Positions 1 to 10,013 of a stretch of 64,000 bases of DNA are shown here, piece after piece. The notes under the pieces are model-generated. The model was given only the letters and a program-made list of their open reading frames with translations, was not told the DNA's origin and searched no databases. The translations under genes and the position numbers were made by a program. The stretch's first letter is position 1. Each line of letters opens with the position of its first letter. Source of the DNA: Patescibacteria group bacterium (lineage in GTDB: Bacteria > Patescibacteriota > Minisyncoccia > Phycocordibacterales > DATDWN01); NCBI GenBank assembly GCA_040384485.1, contig JAZKJH010000002.1, positions 22,235-86,234 of the forward strand, written 5' to 3'.

Positions 1-1
1 G

Positions 2-1183
2 ATTGCAGACAGTAGGGTAGTTATTACAACAGCTCACGGTTCAAAGGGATTAGAGTATGACTATGTGTTTGTTCCTTACGCAACGGATGAATCATGGGTA
101 GGCAGAAGCCACGGACGGAGTTTTGTTTTACCACAAGAAAAAGGGGAAGGTGATGAAATAAAAGATGCTAGAAGACTTTTTTATGTAGCAATAACACGTG
201 CCAAAAGTCATGTAAGTATTCTTACTCCGAAAATGGATATGGATGGCAAGACTTTAACTCCTGTCAGATTTCTGGAAGAAATAGACAGTCGGTTTGTGTC
301 GAGTAAAAACTTTGTTGGAAAACTACCTATCACAACTAGTGTTTATGGAGATATAAAGAAAAAAGAGAAAAAAGAACTAGTAGAGTACGCCAAAAATATA
401 TTACAAGAAAAAGGTTTGTCAGTAACTGCAGTAAACCACTACTTTACTTGTACAAGACAATTTCTATATAAAAGTATTTTGAAAATACCTGAGCCCCCGA
501 CTCCAAGTTCAGAAAAAGGTATTGCTATGCATAAAGCATTCGCAGAGGTTTGGAGTTTGGACAAGAAGGATGTAAAAAGTATTGAGAAAACAATTAACTA
601 TGTAGTTGCTAAACACATAAAGGAATCCTTGCTTACACCGACCGATAAAGAAAATGTTTTGGAAGAGTTACTTAAAGATTCCTCAGCAGTCAGTAGTTCA
701 ATGGTAGAGCACTTTAACCTAGAAGGCAGAGTACTTACAGAAAACTGGAATGAGAAAAGTTTTGTAACTAATTTCGAGGATAAACAGCTGGTTATAAACC
801 TTCATGGGCAACTAGATGCGATAGTAGATACTGAGAAAAAGGTTTTTGTATTTGACTATAAAACCAAAAAACCTATGAGTGAAAAAGCAATAAAAGGGGA
901 AACTCAAAGCGATGACGGGAACTACTGGAGACAACTCGTCTTTTATCGAATGTTGCTCGACGGGAATCATAATTACAAAAATAAAGCCATTCAACCTAGT
1001 TTGTGGTTTGTAAAACCGGACAATGGGGTATGCAAGGAGGCAGTGTTGCCAATAGAGGAGAGTGACATAGAGACGTTACAAAAAGAACTAACTGTTTTAG
1101 TAGAGGATGTATGGAGCGGAAAATTTATTGATAAAAAATGTAGTGATCCTAAGTGTAAATGGTGCGCGATGATTGAGCTATAA
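2..1183 (+). CDS. UvrD/REP-family helicase C-terminus fused to a PD-(D/E)XK nuclease domain (5' end outside window)
   Basis: Frame is open from base 2: TTAHGSKGLEYDYVF (SF1 motif V), RRLFYVAITRAK (motif VI), HGQLDAI...DYKT nuclease motif, and a distal Cys plus C-terminal CSDPKCKWC (possible Fe-S staple). Confidence 0.9.
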   Translation: MADSRVVITTAHGSKGLEYDYVFVPYATDESWVGRSHGRSFVLPQEKGEGDEIKDARRLFYVAITRAKSHVSILTPKMDMDGKTLTPVRFLEEIDSRFVSSKNFVGKLPITTSVYGDIKKKEKKELVEYAKNILQEKGLSVTAVNHYFTCTRQFLYKSILKIPEPPTPSSEKGIAMHKAFAEVWSLDKKDVKSIEKTINYVVAKHIKESLLTPTDKENVLEELLKDSSAVSSSMVEHFNLEGRVLTENWNEKSFVTNFEDKQLVINLHGQLDAIVDTEKKVFVFDYKTKKPMSEKAIKGETQSDDGNYWRQLVFYRMLLDGNHNYKNKAIQPSLWFVKPDNGVCKEAVLPIEESDIETLQKELTVLVEDVWSGKFIDKKCSDPKCKWCAMIEL

Positions 1184-1197
1184 TTAAGTATCCTCTT

Positions 1198-1296
1198 TTC
1201 AACATTATTATTTTTTGAGACTTCGCAGACGGGTAGTCGAGACAGAGCAAAATCGTACCAACGATTTATGCGTGCTCTAAAAATGATAATGTTGAA
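1198..1296. repeat. Structured dispersed repeat, copy 1
   Basis: AT-rich terminal inverted arms enclose GAGACTTCGCAGACGGGTAGTCGAGAC...GTGCTCT; the core recurs at 4389-4479. Confidence 0.8.
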
Positions 1297-1302
1297 CGAG
1301 AA

Positions 1303-1330
1303 AAAACAACTGCTAATGAGCAGTTGTTTT
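1303..1330. terminator. Bidirectional intrinsic terminator
   Basis: AAAACAACTGCT-aatg-AGCAGTTGTTTT between convergent genes. Confidence 0.8.
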
Positions 1331-1360
1331 ATTCGTATATATTGAATTCGTATGCTTGTA

Positions 1361-2056
1361 TTACTCTAGTACCGCATCGATAACTGACTTCAAGTTCTCG
1401 TAAGGTTGAGCACCTACGATTGTTGTTTTTGTTCCGTCCTTTGTGATAAGGATAGAGTTAGGAGTACCTGTTCCACCTGCTTTCACTGCATCTTCGTAGT
1501 GAGCTTGAACTTTGGCTGTAAATTTTCCACTTGATAGACAAGTGTTAAAAGCTGCAACATCTAGACCAACTGTTCCAGCCATTCTTGGTAGTTCTGATTC
1601 TGGTAGAGAGTCGTTTGAGTTTGTTGTGTCATACAACAAGTTGGTGTATTCCCAGAACTTACTTGGACCACCTAAGTCATTTGCACACTCTAGAGCCTCA
1701 GCCTCTTTTCTAGCTTTTCTGTGTAGCTGGTCTATTGGGAAGTGTCGATATACCCAAGCCACTTTTCCACTGTCCCCATATTCTGCCATAACTCTTTTCA
1801 TTGTAGTGTGGAATGTTTTACAGAAAGGACACTCTGTATCAGAGTACTCCACGATAATAACTTCAGCATTTGGATTACCAAGTATGTGGTCGTCAGCACT
1901 AACTGGTCTCATGTCCACTTCCCCTGTATTAACTCCAGGGTTATTGAAAACAGCCTGTTTGGAGTCTACTTTTCCTCCTGAATAATAAAGCGAAACAGCA
2001 ATTAGTGCTCCTGCTATAACTATTGCTATCGGTACCGACAATTTTTCCATGGTCAT
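1361..2056 (-). CDS. DsbA-family thioredoxin-fold protein
   Basis: N-terminal TM, EYSDTECPFC (CxxC), GTP cis-Pro motif, GAQPY. Confidence 0.92.
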   Translation of the reverse strand: MTMEKLSVPIAIVIAGALIAVSLYYSGGKVDSKQAVFNNPGVNTGEVDMRPVSADDHILGNPNAEVIIVEYSDTECPFCKTFHTTMKRVMAEYGDSGKVAWVYRHFPIDQLHRKARKEAEALECANDLGGPSKFWEYTNLLYDTTNSNDSLPESELPRMAGTVGLDVAAFNTCLSSGKFTAKVQAHYEDAVKAGGTGTPNSILITKDGTKTTIVGAQPYENLKSVIDAVLE

Positions 2057-2107
2057 AATATAATGCGAAATTAACGAATAATTTTTACTATGGTAACATT
2101 ATATACC

Positions 2108-2893
2108 ATGGATATTTTAACAGCAATTATACTAGGTTTTGTGGAAGGAGCGACAGAATTTATACCAGTTTCCTCATCAGGGCATCTCATTTTAGCTCGA
2201 GAAATTTTGGGAATAACTGAGGGTGGACTTTCATTTGATGCAGTTCTGCAGTTATCTGCCTCTTGTGCGTTACTGGTTTATTTTTGGAAGGACATATTGC
2301 ACATATTCAAGACTGCTTTTTTGTGGATTAAAAAAGATAAAGTATTAGATGATGATAAAATACTAATCAAGGCAATTTTTTGGGGTACCATTCCAGCTGT
2401 TATTTTTGGACTACTGCTTGAGGATTATATGGATACGGCCTTTAGGAATATTGATTTAGTTGCTGTAACACTTATTCTAGGAAGTATACTTTTTTACGTC
2501 GCACAGAAATTTGCAAAACAAAATGAGACTCTCACTTTAGGAAAGGGAATTATGATCGGTGTGTTTCAATGTCTCGCACTGGTTCCAGGTGTATCACGAT
2601 CGGGCGCTACTATTTCTGGAGGGCTTTTGGCTGGACTTAAACAAGTAGATGCTGTTAGGTTTAGTTTTCTACTATCCATACCTGTTGTTTTTGGTGCAGG
2701 GCTCAAGAAACTGTTTGAAGTTTGGTCAACTATACAGGGGGATGTTGTGATGGCACTTATTATTGGCTCAATTACTGCTTTTATTACTGGTTTAGTTGCA
2801 ATAGGGTTTTTAATACGATTTTTGAAGAACAACAGTCTAAATATTTTTATAGTTTACCGTATAGTCTTGGCCGTAATTATCTTGTCTCTATAA
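2108..2893 (+). CDS. uppP: Undecaprenyl-diphosphate phosphatase
   Basis: EGATEFIPVSSSGH and PGVSRSGAT motifs; multi-TM; ATG at 2108 preferred. Confidence 0.95.
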   Translation: MDILTAIILGFVEGATEFIPVSSSGHLILAREILGITEGGLSFDAVLQLSASCALLVYFWKDILHIFKTAFLWIKKDKVLDDDKILIKAIFWGTIPAVIFGLLLEDYMDTAFRNIDLVAVTLILGSILFYVAQKFAKQNETLTLGKGIMIGVFQCLALVPGVSRSGATISGGLLAGLKQVDAVRFSFLLSIPVVFGAGLKKLFEVWSTIQGDVVMALIIGSITAFITGLVAIGFLIRFLKNNSLNIFIVYRIVLAVIILSL

Positions 2894-2967
2894 GTCCTTA
2901 TTTCTAGCTATATTTACATCCTAAAAACACCTTAGGTCTGAACAGATACAAAATATCGGTAGTTCTA

Positions 2968-2996
2968 TTGACAACTCTAAATAATTGTGCTAGACT
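2968..2996 (+). promoter_or_regulatory. Sigma70-type promoter of orphan cassette
   Basis: TTGACA-N17-TAGACT. Confidence 0.7.
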
Positions 2997-3061
2997 AGTA
3001 CCAGAGCAAGTATCAGCAATCCCACCATATCGGTATCTGCCGATTTCTCAGGAGACACATA

Positions 3062-3622
3062 GTGAAGCACACAATTGAAGAGTATGTTGACAACGGCCTT
3101 CGGATTCTGCTCGGTGAAGTTGATGCTGCGGTCGGTGAGTCCACTGGACGACCCGTTATCCCCGCATATCAGCTCCCCAGCAACCTGAAGAAGGTGACCA
3201 AGGAGATCCAACTTCTCACAGAGAAGGAGGGAACCTCGGAAGAAGAGCTTCTCGTCATCAAGGAAAAGATCAAGAAGACGCGAGGCATCCTTCGCAACAG
3301 CCAGTTGCGACACTGCGTCGACGGCATGCCTGGACTCACGCAACGCTACGAGTCCCTGCCGAAGTCGCTGCGGACGCCTGAGCTTCTGGCGCACAAGGAA
3401 GCATTCGAGTCTGCGGTCACCCTGATCAACGAGAAGAAGATCTGGTACCCGGCCGACATCTCGAAGCTCGCCTGGGCTTACCGTGACGCGATTTGCGAAG
3501 CGGAGGAAAGCCGGGCTGCGCAGAGGGCTCGTGTTACCCAGCAGAAGAGGATCAGCAAGGAACGGGCCGTCGGGCGCCGGACCATTGCTGAACAGATCAT
3601 GGATCTGGTGGGAGCACAGTAG
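3062..3622 (+). CDS. Hypothetical protein (GC-rich orphan, SD-led cassette)
   Basis: CAGGAG SD before GTG; visibly GC-richer than flanks; own promoter and terminator. Confidence 0.75.
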   Translation: MKHTIEEYVDNGLRILLGEVDAAVGESTGRPVIPAYQLPSNLKKVTKEIQLLTEKEGTSEEELLVIKEKIKKTRGILRNSQLRHCVDGMPGLTQRYESLPKSLRTPELLAHKEAFESAVTLINEKKIWYPADISKLAWAYRDAICEAEESRAAQRARVTQQKRISKERAVGRRTIAEQIMDLVGAQ

Positions 3623-3626
3623 CAAC

Positions 3627-3670
3627 AACCGGTTGATAAGGAAAAAGTTTCCTTATCGACCGGTTTTTTT
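3627..3670 (+). terminator. Intrinsic terminator
   Basis: AACCGGTTGATAAGGAAA...TTTCCTTATCGACCGGTT followed by a T-run. Confidence 0.85.
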
Positions 3671-3718
3671 ATATTTAGATTTTTAGTTATCATTAGTTAT
3701 CCAAGGGATGCCCTTGGA

Positions 3719-4300
3719 TTAGAACAAAGACTGGGTTTTGATATCATTCACTTCTTCCCAATGCTTTGTATCAAGTTTTATTTCTTTTTTGAAAGGTCCC
3801 TCTTTGAACAAAAGCTTTTTATTTTTTACGGCGTACTCATAAACGTCTTTTGTTATTTTTACATCATCTAGGCAGTATTTACGCACCTTATCAACCTCTC
3901 CCTGTCTCCACCAAGTCACAGCTTCTAAACCGTTTCCGCTTTTGTTTATATTGAAAGTGCCTTCTGCTATTTGATCTAGTCGCATTCTGCGTCCATACGA
4001 GTTTCTGATTTCCTTTAGTAAGTCGAGTGACCGGATTTCAGTAAGGTCTCCTAAGCCTGCTTTTCGGTAGTATTTGTTAAGCAGAGGAATGTCGAAATGA
4101 TCCCCGTTAAAAGTAATTAACATTGAACTGTTCTTAATTATTTCCCACATAATAGGAAATTCTTCTTCGACAAAACTCTGGTATTTTCCGGTTTCATAGT
4201 CGTACAACCCGACAACTGATATATCCAAATCCTCGGCTCGGTTTGAGCCCACGTCTTGGAAAATATTCTTAGTCTCAATATCAAAAACAATTTTTCTCAT
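3719..4300 (-). CDS. RNase H-like / DEDD 3'-5' exonuclease domain protein
   Basis: VFDIET, FNGDHFDIP and YCLDDV acidic motifs. Confidence 0.85.
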   Translation of the reverse strand: MRKIVFDIETKNIFQDVGSNRAEDLDISVVGLYDYETGKYQSFVEEEFPIMWEIIKNSSMLITFNGDHFDIPLLNKYYRKAGLGDLTEIRSLDLLKEIRNSYGRRMRLDQIAEGTFNINKSGNGLEAVTWWRQGEVDKVRKYCLDDVKITKDVYEYAVKNKKLLFKEGPFKKEIKLDTKHWEEVNDIKTQSLF

Positions 4301-4388
4301 AATTTATATACGAATAATACTAAATACGGATACCTACAAATGTCTACGAATGAACATAGGGAACAATCATAATATAAAACTCGATGAA

Positions 4389-4479
4389 AGCTTATTATTT
4401 CAGGAGACTTCGCAGGCGGGTAGCCGAGACGGAGGAAAATTTTAACAACAATTTATCCGTGCTCTTGAAATAATAAGTT
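4389..4479. repeat. Structured dispersed repeat, copy 2
   Basis: GCTTATTATTTCAGGAG/CTCTTGAAATAATAAGT arms enclose GAGACTTCGCAGGCGGGTAGCCGAGAC. Confidence 0.8.
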
Positions 4480-4491
4480 AAATAAAAGTTT

Positions 4492-5769
4492 TTAACTATT
4501 CACTATATTCACCACTTCCTCTATCTTAACTTTTACCTCAGATCCAGTTTCCATGTTTTTGACTGGATAAGTATCGGTTTTTATCTCATCTTCGCCAACA
4601 ACTAGAACAAACGGAACTTTCTGTCGGTCTGCAGTTTTTATTTGGTCACCCAGCTTTTTATCAGTTATATCTACTATCACATTTAGTCCTTCATTTCTTA
4701 GGCTATCAGCAATCTGAATGGCGTTAGGAATGTACTCAGATTTCACGGTAGCGATATACAAATCTGTAGCAGGCTTGTAGTCTGGGAGGAGTTTATGAGC
4801 CTCAAGGAAGTCACGAGCAGTAACATCTCCAGCTCCAAAACCAACGGTTGGAACTTTTCTGCTACCAAATATATCAAGTAAGTCGTCATATCTTCCACCG
4901 CCGAATACAGAGCGATTGTTGTCTGGGTGTAGGTCGAATACTTCAAAAACTATTCCAGTATAGTAGTCAAAACCTCGCATTAAAGTTGGGTCGAATATAA
5001 CATTCTTTATCCCTGAACTAGATAGTTTTTCAATAAGTGTGACTATTTCTTGGACATTTGAATCACTTTCGCCGATATACTGTAAAAGTTTTTCGTCAGA
5101 AGATAGTAAAGTTGAAAACTCAGTTCCTCGTTCACCCATAATCTCCGTTAAGGCATTAACAAAATCCTCGTTAGAAATTTTATTTTTCTTGTCTATTATT
5201 TTAGATACCTTATATGAAGAGTCAGAATCAAGATCAAACTTTGCATACAAAGCATTCATTAGTTTTCTGTTGTTTATTTTTACAACATAATCTGACTCCG
5301 ATGCTCCGAATTCTTTCATTATTTTACAAGCAACAGTTATGATTTCTGTGTCAGCATCGTTTGAGTCTATACCAAACAAGTCAACATTGAGTTGCCAGTG
5401 CTCTCGCAACCTTCCTCTTTGAGGTTTCTCGTATCTAAAAAGGTTAGGAATAGAATACCAACGTAGTGGGAAAACCAACTCTCTTTCTTTCTGAGCCACA
5501 AGTCTAGCTACTGTAGGAGTCATTTCTGGACGCAGAGTAACCTCTCTTTCACCTCTATCTATGAATGTATATGTTTGCTCGTTTACTATCTCGCTTCCAG
5601 TTTTTGCCCTGTATAACTCTGCAGGTTCCAGTATGGATGCATCGTACTGGACATATCCGAAACTTTCCACAACCTTTTTCCATTTAGAAAAAATGTAGTT
5701 CTGGATAAAGTAATCTTCTGGGTAAAAGTCTCGAACACCTTTGTAGCTTTCTGTGCTTATTTTTGACAT
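4492..5769 (-). CDS. hisS: Histidine--tRNA ligase
   Basis: KGVRDF, LRPEMTP, FRYEKPQRGRLREH, RGFDYYTG, GGGRYD. Confidence 0.97.
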   Translation of the reverse strand: MSKISTESYKGVRDFYPEDYFIQNYIFSKWKKVVESFGYVQYDASILEPAELYRAKTGSEIVNEQTYTFIDRGEREVTLRPEMTPTVARLVAQKERELVFPLRWYSIPNLFRYEKPQRGRLREHWQLNVDLFGIDSNDADTEIITVACKIMKEFGASESDYVVKINNRKLMNALYAKFDLDSDSSYKVSKIIDKKNKISNEDFVNALTEIMGERGTEFSTLLSSDEKLLQYIGESDSNVQEIVTLIEKLSSSGIKNVIFDPTLMRGFDYYTGIVFEVFDLHPDNNRSVFGGGRYDDLLDIFGSRKVPTVGFGAGDVTARDFLEAHKLLPDYKPATDLYIATVKSEYIPNAIQIADSLRNEGLNVIVDITDKKLGDQIKTADRQKVPFVLVVGEDEIKTDTYPVKNMETGSEVKVKIEEVVNIVNS

Positions 5770-5842
5770 GTTTTATTATAATTTTCGCAACTCTTACTTG
5801 TCGAGTTTCAAATTTTTCTTATATGTTATAGTGTATCAAAAT

Positions 5843-6610
5843 ATGGAAAAACAGAAAGGTCTACATTTGGTGTATAAAAAGTTGGGGGAGACGCCCTTGG
5901 AAGCCATCCAAAGGTTAAAAATAGATGAACCAGAATCGGCAGGTCTACCGATTACTTACGCAGGAAGACTCGATCCTATGGCAGAGGGGCTTCTTATTTT
6001 GTTGTCCGGAGAAGAAGTGCATAACAAGGAGAAATACAATGAATTATCAAAAACCTATGAAGTTGAGGTTTTGTGGGGTTTTGAGACTGACACTTTGGAT
6101 GTGCTCGGTTTGGTTAAAAGCTTAGATCCAAAACTTATCAACTTAAAAGTCGCTGATTTAGAAAATGCGTTAGCGGAAACAGTTCGAGTATTTGAACAAA
6201 AGTATCCAGCCTATTCTTCAAAGCCAGTTGAAGGAAAGTCCCTTTTTATCTGGGCACGAGAGGGGAAGTTGGGTGATATTGAAATACCAAGCCATCAGGT
6301 TGAAATTTTCAGTTCAAAGTTTCTAAACAGAAGAACGATAATCGGGTCCGACTTACTAAAAGAAATAAAAGAAAAAATAGATCTTGTTTCTGGAGACTTT
6401 AGGCAGCAAGAAACTATAAGTAAATGGGGCGAAGAGTTGAAAGACAGATTGGAAGAAGAATTTTTCCTAGATAAGGTTGAACTAGAAGTCTCATCGGGAT
6501 TTTACGTACGACAGTTTGTATACGATCTGGCCAAATCATTTAATGAGAATGCTATTACATTTCATATAAAAAGAACAAAAGTTGGTGAATATAACCTTGC
6601 AAACATTTAG
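5843..6610 (+). CDS. truB: tRNA pseudouridine synthase B-like (no PUA domain)
   Basis: YAGRLDPMAEGLL catalytic Asp motif, PAYSS, VSSGFYVR; ATG at 5843. Confidence 0.85.
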   Translation: MEKQKGLHLVYKKLGETPLEAIQRLKIDEPESAGLPITYAGRLDPMAEGLLILLSGEEVHNKEKYNELSKTYEVEVLWGFETDTLDVLGLVKSLDPKLINLKVADLENALAETVRVFEQKYPAYSSKPVEGKSLFIWAREGKLGDIEIPSHQVEIFSSKFLNRRTIIGSDLLKEIKEKIDLVSGDFRQQETISKWGEELKDRLEEEFFLDKVELEVSSGFYVRQFVYDLAKSFNENAITFHIKRTKVGEYNLANI

Positions 6611-6682
6611 AAAAAGTGGTTAGATATTGTTTGGAAGTTCACGTAAGTAAAATTAACGTCGTTCGTTCGGGAAGGAAATCGG

Positions 6683-6976
6683 ATGTCACAAAGTATGACA
6701 AAACAGGAAGCTCGCGACTTTTTCAATGGGAGAGTCAAGGAGTTTCTTGTGAGGTGCAGTATAAAAGGGGAAGACCTTTGTGCAAGAACGGGTCTCCTCA
6801 AGACGACTCTGGGTGCTGTTTTGCAAGGAAACTTTACTCGATGCCATCATGACGATTTGTTATCAGTGGCGAAGGTGATTTTTCCTCCAGCCGACAACCC
6901 TAAGTCATACGGAGATATGGAACGTGCCATTCACGTTATCTTCGATGTCGTCCAGTCAGGTAATGTAACCGTTTAG
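6683..6976 (+). CDS. Hypothetical protein, possible XRE-like HTH (cassette)
   Basis: GGAAGG SD; EDLCARTGLLKTTLGAVLQG HTH-like pattern; long terminator hairpin follows. Confidence 0.6.
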   Translation: MSQSMTKQEARDFFNGRVKEFLVRCSIKGEDLCARTGLLKTTLGAVLQGNFTRCHHDDLLSVAKVIFPPADNPKSYGDMERAIHVIFDVVQSGNVTV

Positions 6977-7078
6977 ACACATAACCACTGCAGTTGCTAG
7001 GACAACTGCAGTGGTTTTTTTATTTGCATAATTTTTGTATTAGGTATTTAATAATATAGGAAACTGACTGGAGGTCAC

Positions 7079-7426
7079 TTGGGCAGAAAGATTCAGCGCA
7101 CAGCACTTGCCAGGGCAATGGGTCGGGAAATTCGCGATTGGAGAGATAGATTCTCCCGCGAGCAAATCGTTGAGATATCAAGAGTCAAGAAGAACACGAT
7201 TATCAAAATCGAACATGGTAAATGTCAGCATGTTTCTTCGCGTGACATTAACCGGGTGATTACCGCTCTTTCTCGGCTTAACAAAATCAACGAAGACAGG
7301 CTCCTGCGGATCAAGGATCTTGCCAAAAGGATCACTGAGCCTAAAAACGGCGTTAAAAAAAGGATTGCTCACCGAGTAATGCCATTTAAGCACAGAACTT
7401 TTCGTAGAGGCCTTCGCAAGAAGTGA
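7079..7426 (+). CDS. XRE-family HTH protein, very basic (cassette)
   Basis: GGAGG SD, TTG start, SREQIVEISRVKKNTIIKIEHG, TGA stop. Confidence 0.7.
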   Translation: MGRKIQRTALARAMGREIRDWRDRFSREQIVEISRVKKNTIIKIEHGKCQHVSSRDINRVITALSRLNKINEDRLLRIKDLAKRITEPKNGVKKRIAHRVMPFKHRTFRRGLRKK

Positions 7427-7478
7427 CCTTTCAAAAACCCCCCAGACTTTATAAGCTGGGGGATTTTTTCAACATATT

Positions 7479-9260
7479 TTATTTCGCTTTCAAGATTTTC
7501 TTTCTAAGTCTAGTTGATTTCGGAGTTATTTCTATGTATTCATCTCCAGACATTATTTCCATGGCTTTCTCGATGTCGAGTTTGTAAGTAGCTGCTAAAT
7601 ACACACTTCCATCAGAACCAGAGGCACGCATGTTAGTAAGCTGTTTTCCTTTGGTAGGGTTTACATACAAGTCTTCACCTTTTGAGGTGTTTCCAATAAC
7701 CATTCCTTCATAAACTTCTGTTCCAGGGTCTACATACAGTGTTCCTCTTTGTTGTAGGTTATCCAATGCAAATGCCAGAACTTTTCCAGATGTCATAGAC
7801 ACCATAGAACCATACTGAGTCTTTTTTATTTCACCAACATACTCTCTAAATTCAATAAATCGAGAAGACAGTATTCCTAATCCTTTTGTATCCACAACGA
7901 ACTGACCTCGGTAACCTAAGAGTCCTCTTGTTGGAATTTCAAAAACCAATCTCTGGTGTCCTTCTGATTGTCTAACATTCATAAGTAGACCTTTTCTTTC
8001 TGTAAGTCGTGAGATAACTGAGCTTGCCATTTCTTCCGGCACGTCTATCGTCACTTCCTCAAAAGGTTCAGTTTTAGCACCTGCTTCTTCTTTTATAATA
8101 ACCTGTGGTTGTGATACCTGAAGTTCAAAACCTTCTCGTCTCATGTTTTCAAGTAGGATAGCGATGTGAAGTTCTCCACGTCCATACACTGTGAAGAATT
8201 CGTTTGCGTTCCAATCCACCTTTAGTCCAACGTTCACTTCAAGTTCTTTTTCTAGTCGGTCTCGGATTTGTCTACCAGTTACAAACTTTCCTTCCTTTCC
8301 AGCAAAAGGGGAGTCGTTAACGAAAAAGTTAAGTGAGATGGTTGGTTCATCGATGTTAATAGAAGGAAGTCTCTCGGCTGACTCATCTTTACAAACTGTG
8401 TCACCGATATATACAGTCGGAAGTCCAGCTATCATAACGATGTCACCAGCAGAAGCGTTATCTGTCTCAACTCTTTTTGTTCCTTCAAATGTAAAAGCTT
8501 TTGTTATTTTACCAGTTATTACTTTTCCGTCAGTTTGTTTTACAAAAACATTGTCTCCAGTTTTGATAGTTCCTTCATAAACTCTACATACCGCCATTCT
8601 CCCAAGGAAGTTGTCGTAAGCTAGGTTAAAAGGCTGAAGTCTGGCTGGAAGTGTAACATCTCCTTTTGCAGGTGGAACCTCGGACAAAATAGTTTCAAGA
8701 AGTGGGAAAAGGTTCTCTGATTCTTCATTCAGTTTCATTTTAGCAATTCCTTTTACTCCAATAGCGTAGACAGTAGTAAAGTCTAATTGCTCGTCGTTTG
8801 CCCCTAGTTCCATGAAAAGCTCCAGTACCATTTCGTGTACTTCATCAGGTCTTGCAGCTGGTTTATCTATCTTGTTTATAACTACAATAGGTTTCAAACC
8901 AAGTTCAAGAGACTTCTTAAGAACAAACCGTGTTTGCGGCATAGGTCCTTCTTGAGCATCCACAAGTAAAAGCACAGTATCAATAGAACGAAGTACTCGT
9001 TCTACTTCAGACCCGAAGTCGGAGTGTCCTGGTGTATCTACAATGTTTATTTTGGTAACTTCTCTTCCTGATTCTGGAGTAGGGTAGTAAACAGAGGTGT
9101 TTTTAGCATATATGGTAATGCCGCGCTCTTGTTCTAGGGCGTTAGAGTCCATACTTACTCCTTCGGCAGTTACCATTCCAGTCTGGCGCATAAGAGCGTC
9201 TGTCAGGGTAGTCTTTCCGTGGTCCACGTGCGCTATAATAGCTATATTTCGAATCTCCAT
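7479..9260 (-). CDS. typA: Translational GTPase TypA/BipA
   Basis: AHVDHGKTT, ERGITI, DTPGH, NKID, GRGELH. Confidence 0.97.
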   Translation of the reverse strand: MEIRNIAIIAHVDHGKTTLTDALMRQTGMVTAEGVSMDSNALEQERGITIYAKNTSVYYPTPESGREVTKINIVDTPGHSDFGSEVERVLRSIDTVLLLVDAQEGPMPQTRFVLKKSLELGLKPIVVINKIDKPAARPDEVHEMVLELFMELGANDEQLDFTTVYAIGVKGIAKMKLNEESENLFPLLETILSEVPPAKGDVTLPARLQPFNLAYDNFLGRMAVCRVYEGTIKTGDNVFVKQTDGKVITGKITKAFTFEGTKRVETDNASAGDIVMIAGLPTVYIGDTVCKDESAERLPSINIDEPTISLNFFVNDSPFAGKEGKFVTGRQIRDRLEKELEVNVGLKVDWNANEFFTVYGRGELHIAILLENMRREGFELQVSQPQVIIKEEAGAKTEPFEEVTIDVPEEMASSVISRLTERKGLLMNVRQSEGHQRLVFEIPTRGLLGYRGQFVVDTKGLGILSSRFIEFREYVGEIKKTQYGSMVSMTSGKVLAFALDNLQQRGTLYVDPGTEVYEGMVIGNTSKGEDLYVNPTKGKQLTNMRASGSDGSVYLAATYKLDIEKAMEIMSGDEYIEITPKSTRLRKKILKAK

Positions 9261-9386
9261 TTAGGGTTTTAAGTTAATGATTTTAAAAACCGGGCTAGCC
9301 GGCAATTTGACCATAATTAAAGCAAAATTTTGACTTTAAGTCAATGTGAATAGTTTTCTGTCTTTAAAACTGATAATATAGTATTC

Positions 9387-9986
9387 ATGCCTTCAATCGA
9401 TGAAATACTCTTTGTTCTGGAACAGTACAAATACTGGGTTATTTTTCCCGCGGTGATAATAGACGGCCCGATTATTACAGTTCTTTCTGGATTTCTGGTT
9501 CATATGGGAGTTTTGGGGGGGTTGGTAACATATGTAATCCTGGTAGTAGGTGATGTTATTGGGGATACAAAGTACTTCCTTATAGGTAAGTACTCACGTA
9601 AATTCTCTTGGGCAAAAAAGGCAACTACTTTTCTGGGATACACCGAGGAGAGAGAAAAAAGCTTGCAGAAACATTTTCAAACCCACGCTTACAAGACTTT
9701 TTTTATGGCCAAACTTTCGCAAGGTCTTGGTGGGGGAGTTTATGTGGTTGCTGGTATGACCGGGTTCAATTTTAGAAAATTTATTTGGATAAGTTTCTTA
9801 GGGACCTTGCCTAAGACATTTATATTTATGGTTATTGGGTACTACATGGGTAATTCATATGTAAAAATAAGTGAGTACATGAACTCAATAGCTACCGCCA
9901 GTATCCTAGTAGTATTCTTTTTGGTTCTTTATTTTACCTTCAAAAAGCACATAAAGAATTTCTTAAACAAAAGAGATAGTTTTTAA
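9387..9986 (+). CDS. DedA/VTT-family membrane protein
   Basis: Multi-TM; GDVIGD and AGMTGFNFRKF patterns. Confidence 0.85.
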   Translation: MPSIDEILFVLEQYKYWVIFPAVIIDGPIITVLSGFLVHMGVLGGLVTYVILVVGDVIGDTKYFLIGKYSRKFSWAKKATTFLGYTEEREKSLQKHFQTHAYKTFFMAKLSQGLGGGVYVVAGMTGFNFRKFIWISFLGTLPKTFIFMVIGYYMGNSYVKISEYMNSIATASILVVFFLVLYFTFKKHIKNFLNKRDSF

Positions 9987-10013
9987 TTTTTTACTTTTTG
10001 ATACAATATATAC

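Noticed and set aside
2-1183. Cas4 / CRISPR-associated nuclease
   Set aside because: The PD-(D/E)XK domain is fused to SF1 helicase motifs V-VI and has no cas neighbours; it fits a repair helicase-nuclease.
2990-3628. 212-aa minus ORF and other long antisense ORFs (e.g. 1512-1985, 11852-12280, 45152-45640)
   Set aside because: Shadow frames of genes on the other strand, lacking their own start signals or motifs.
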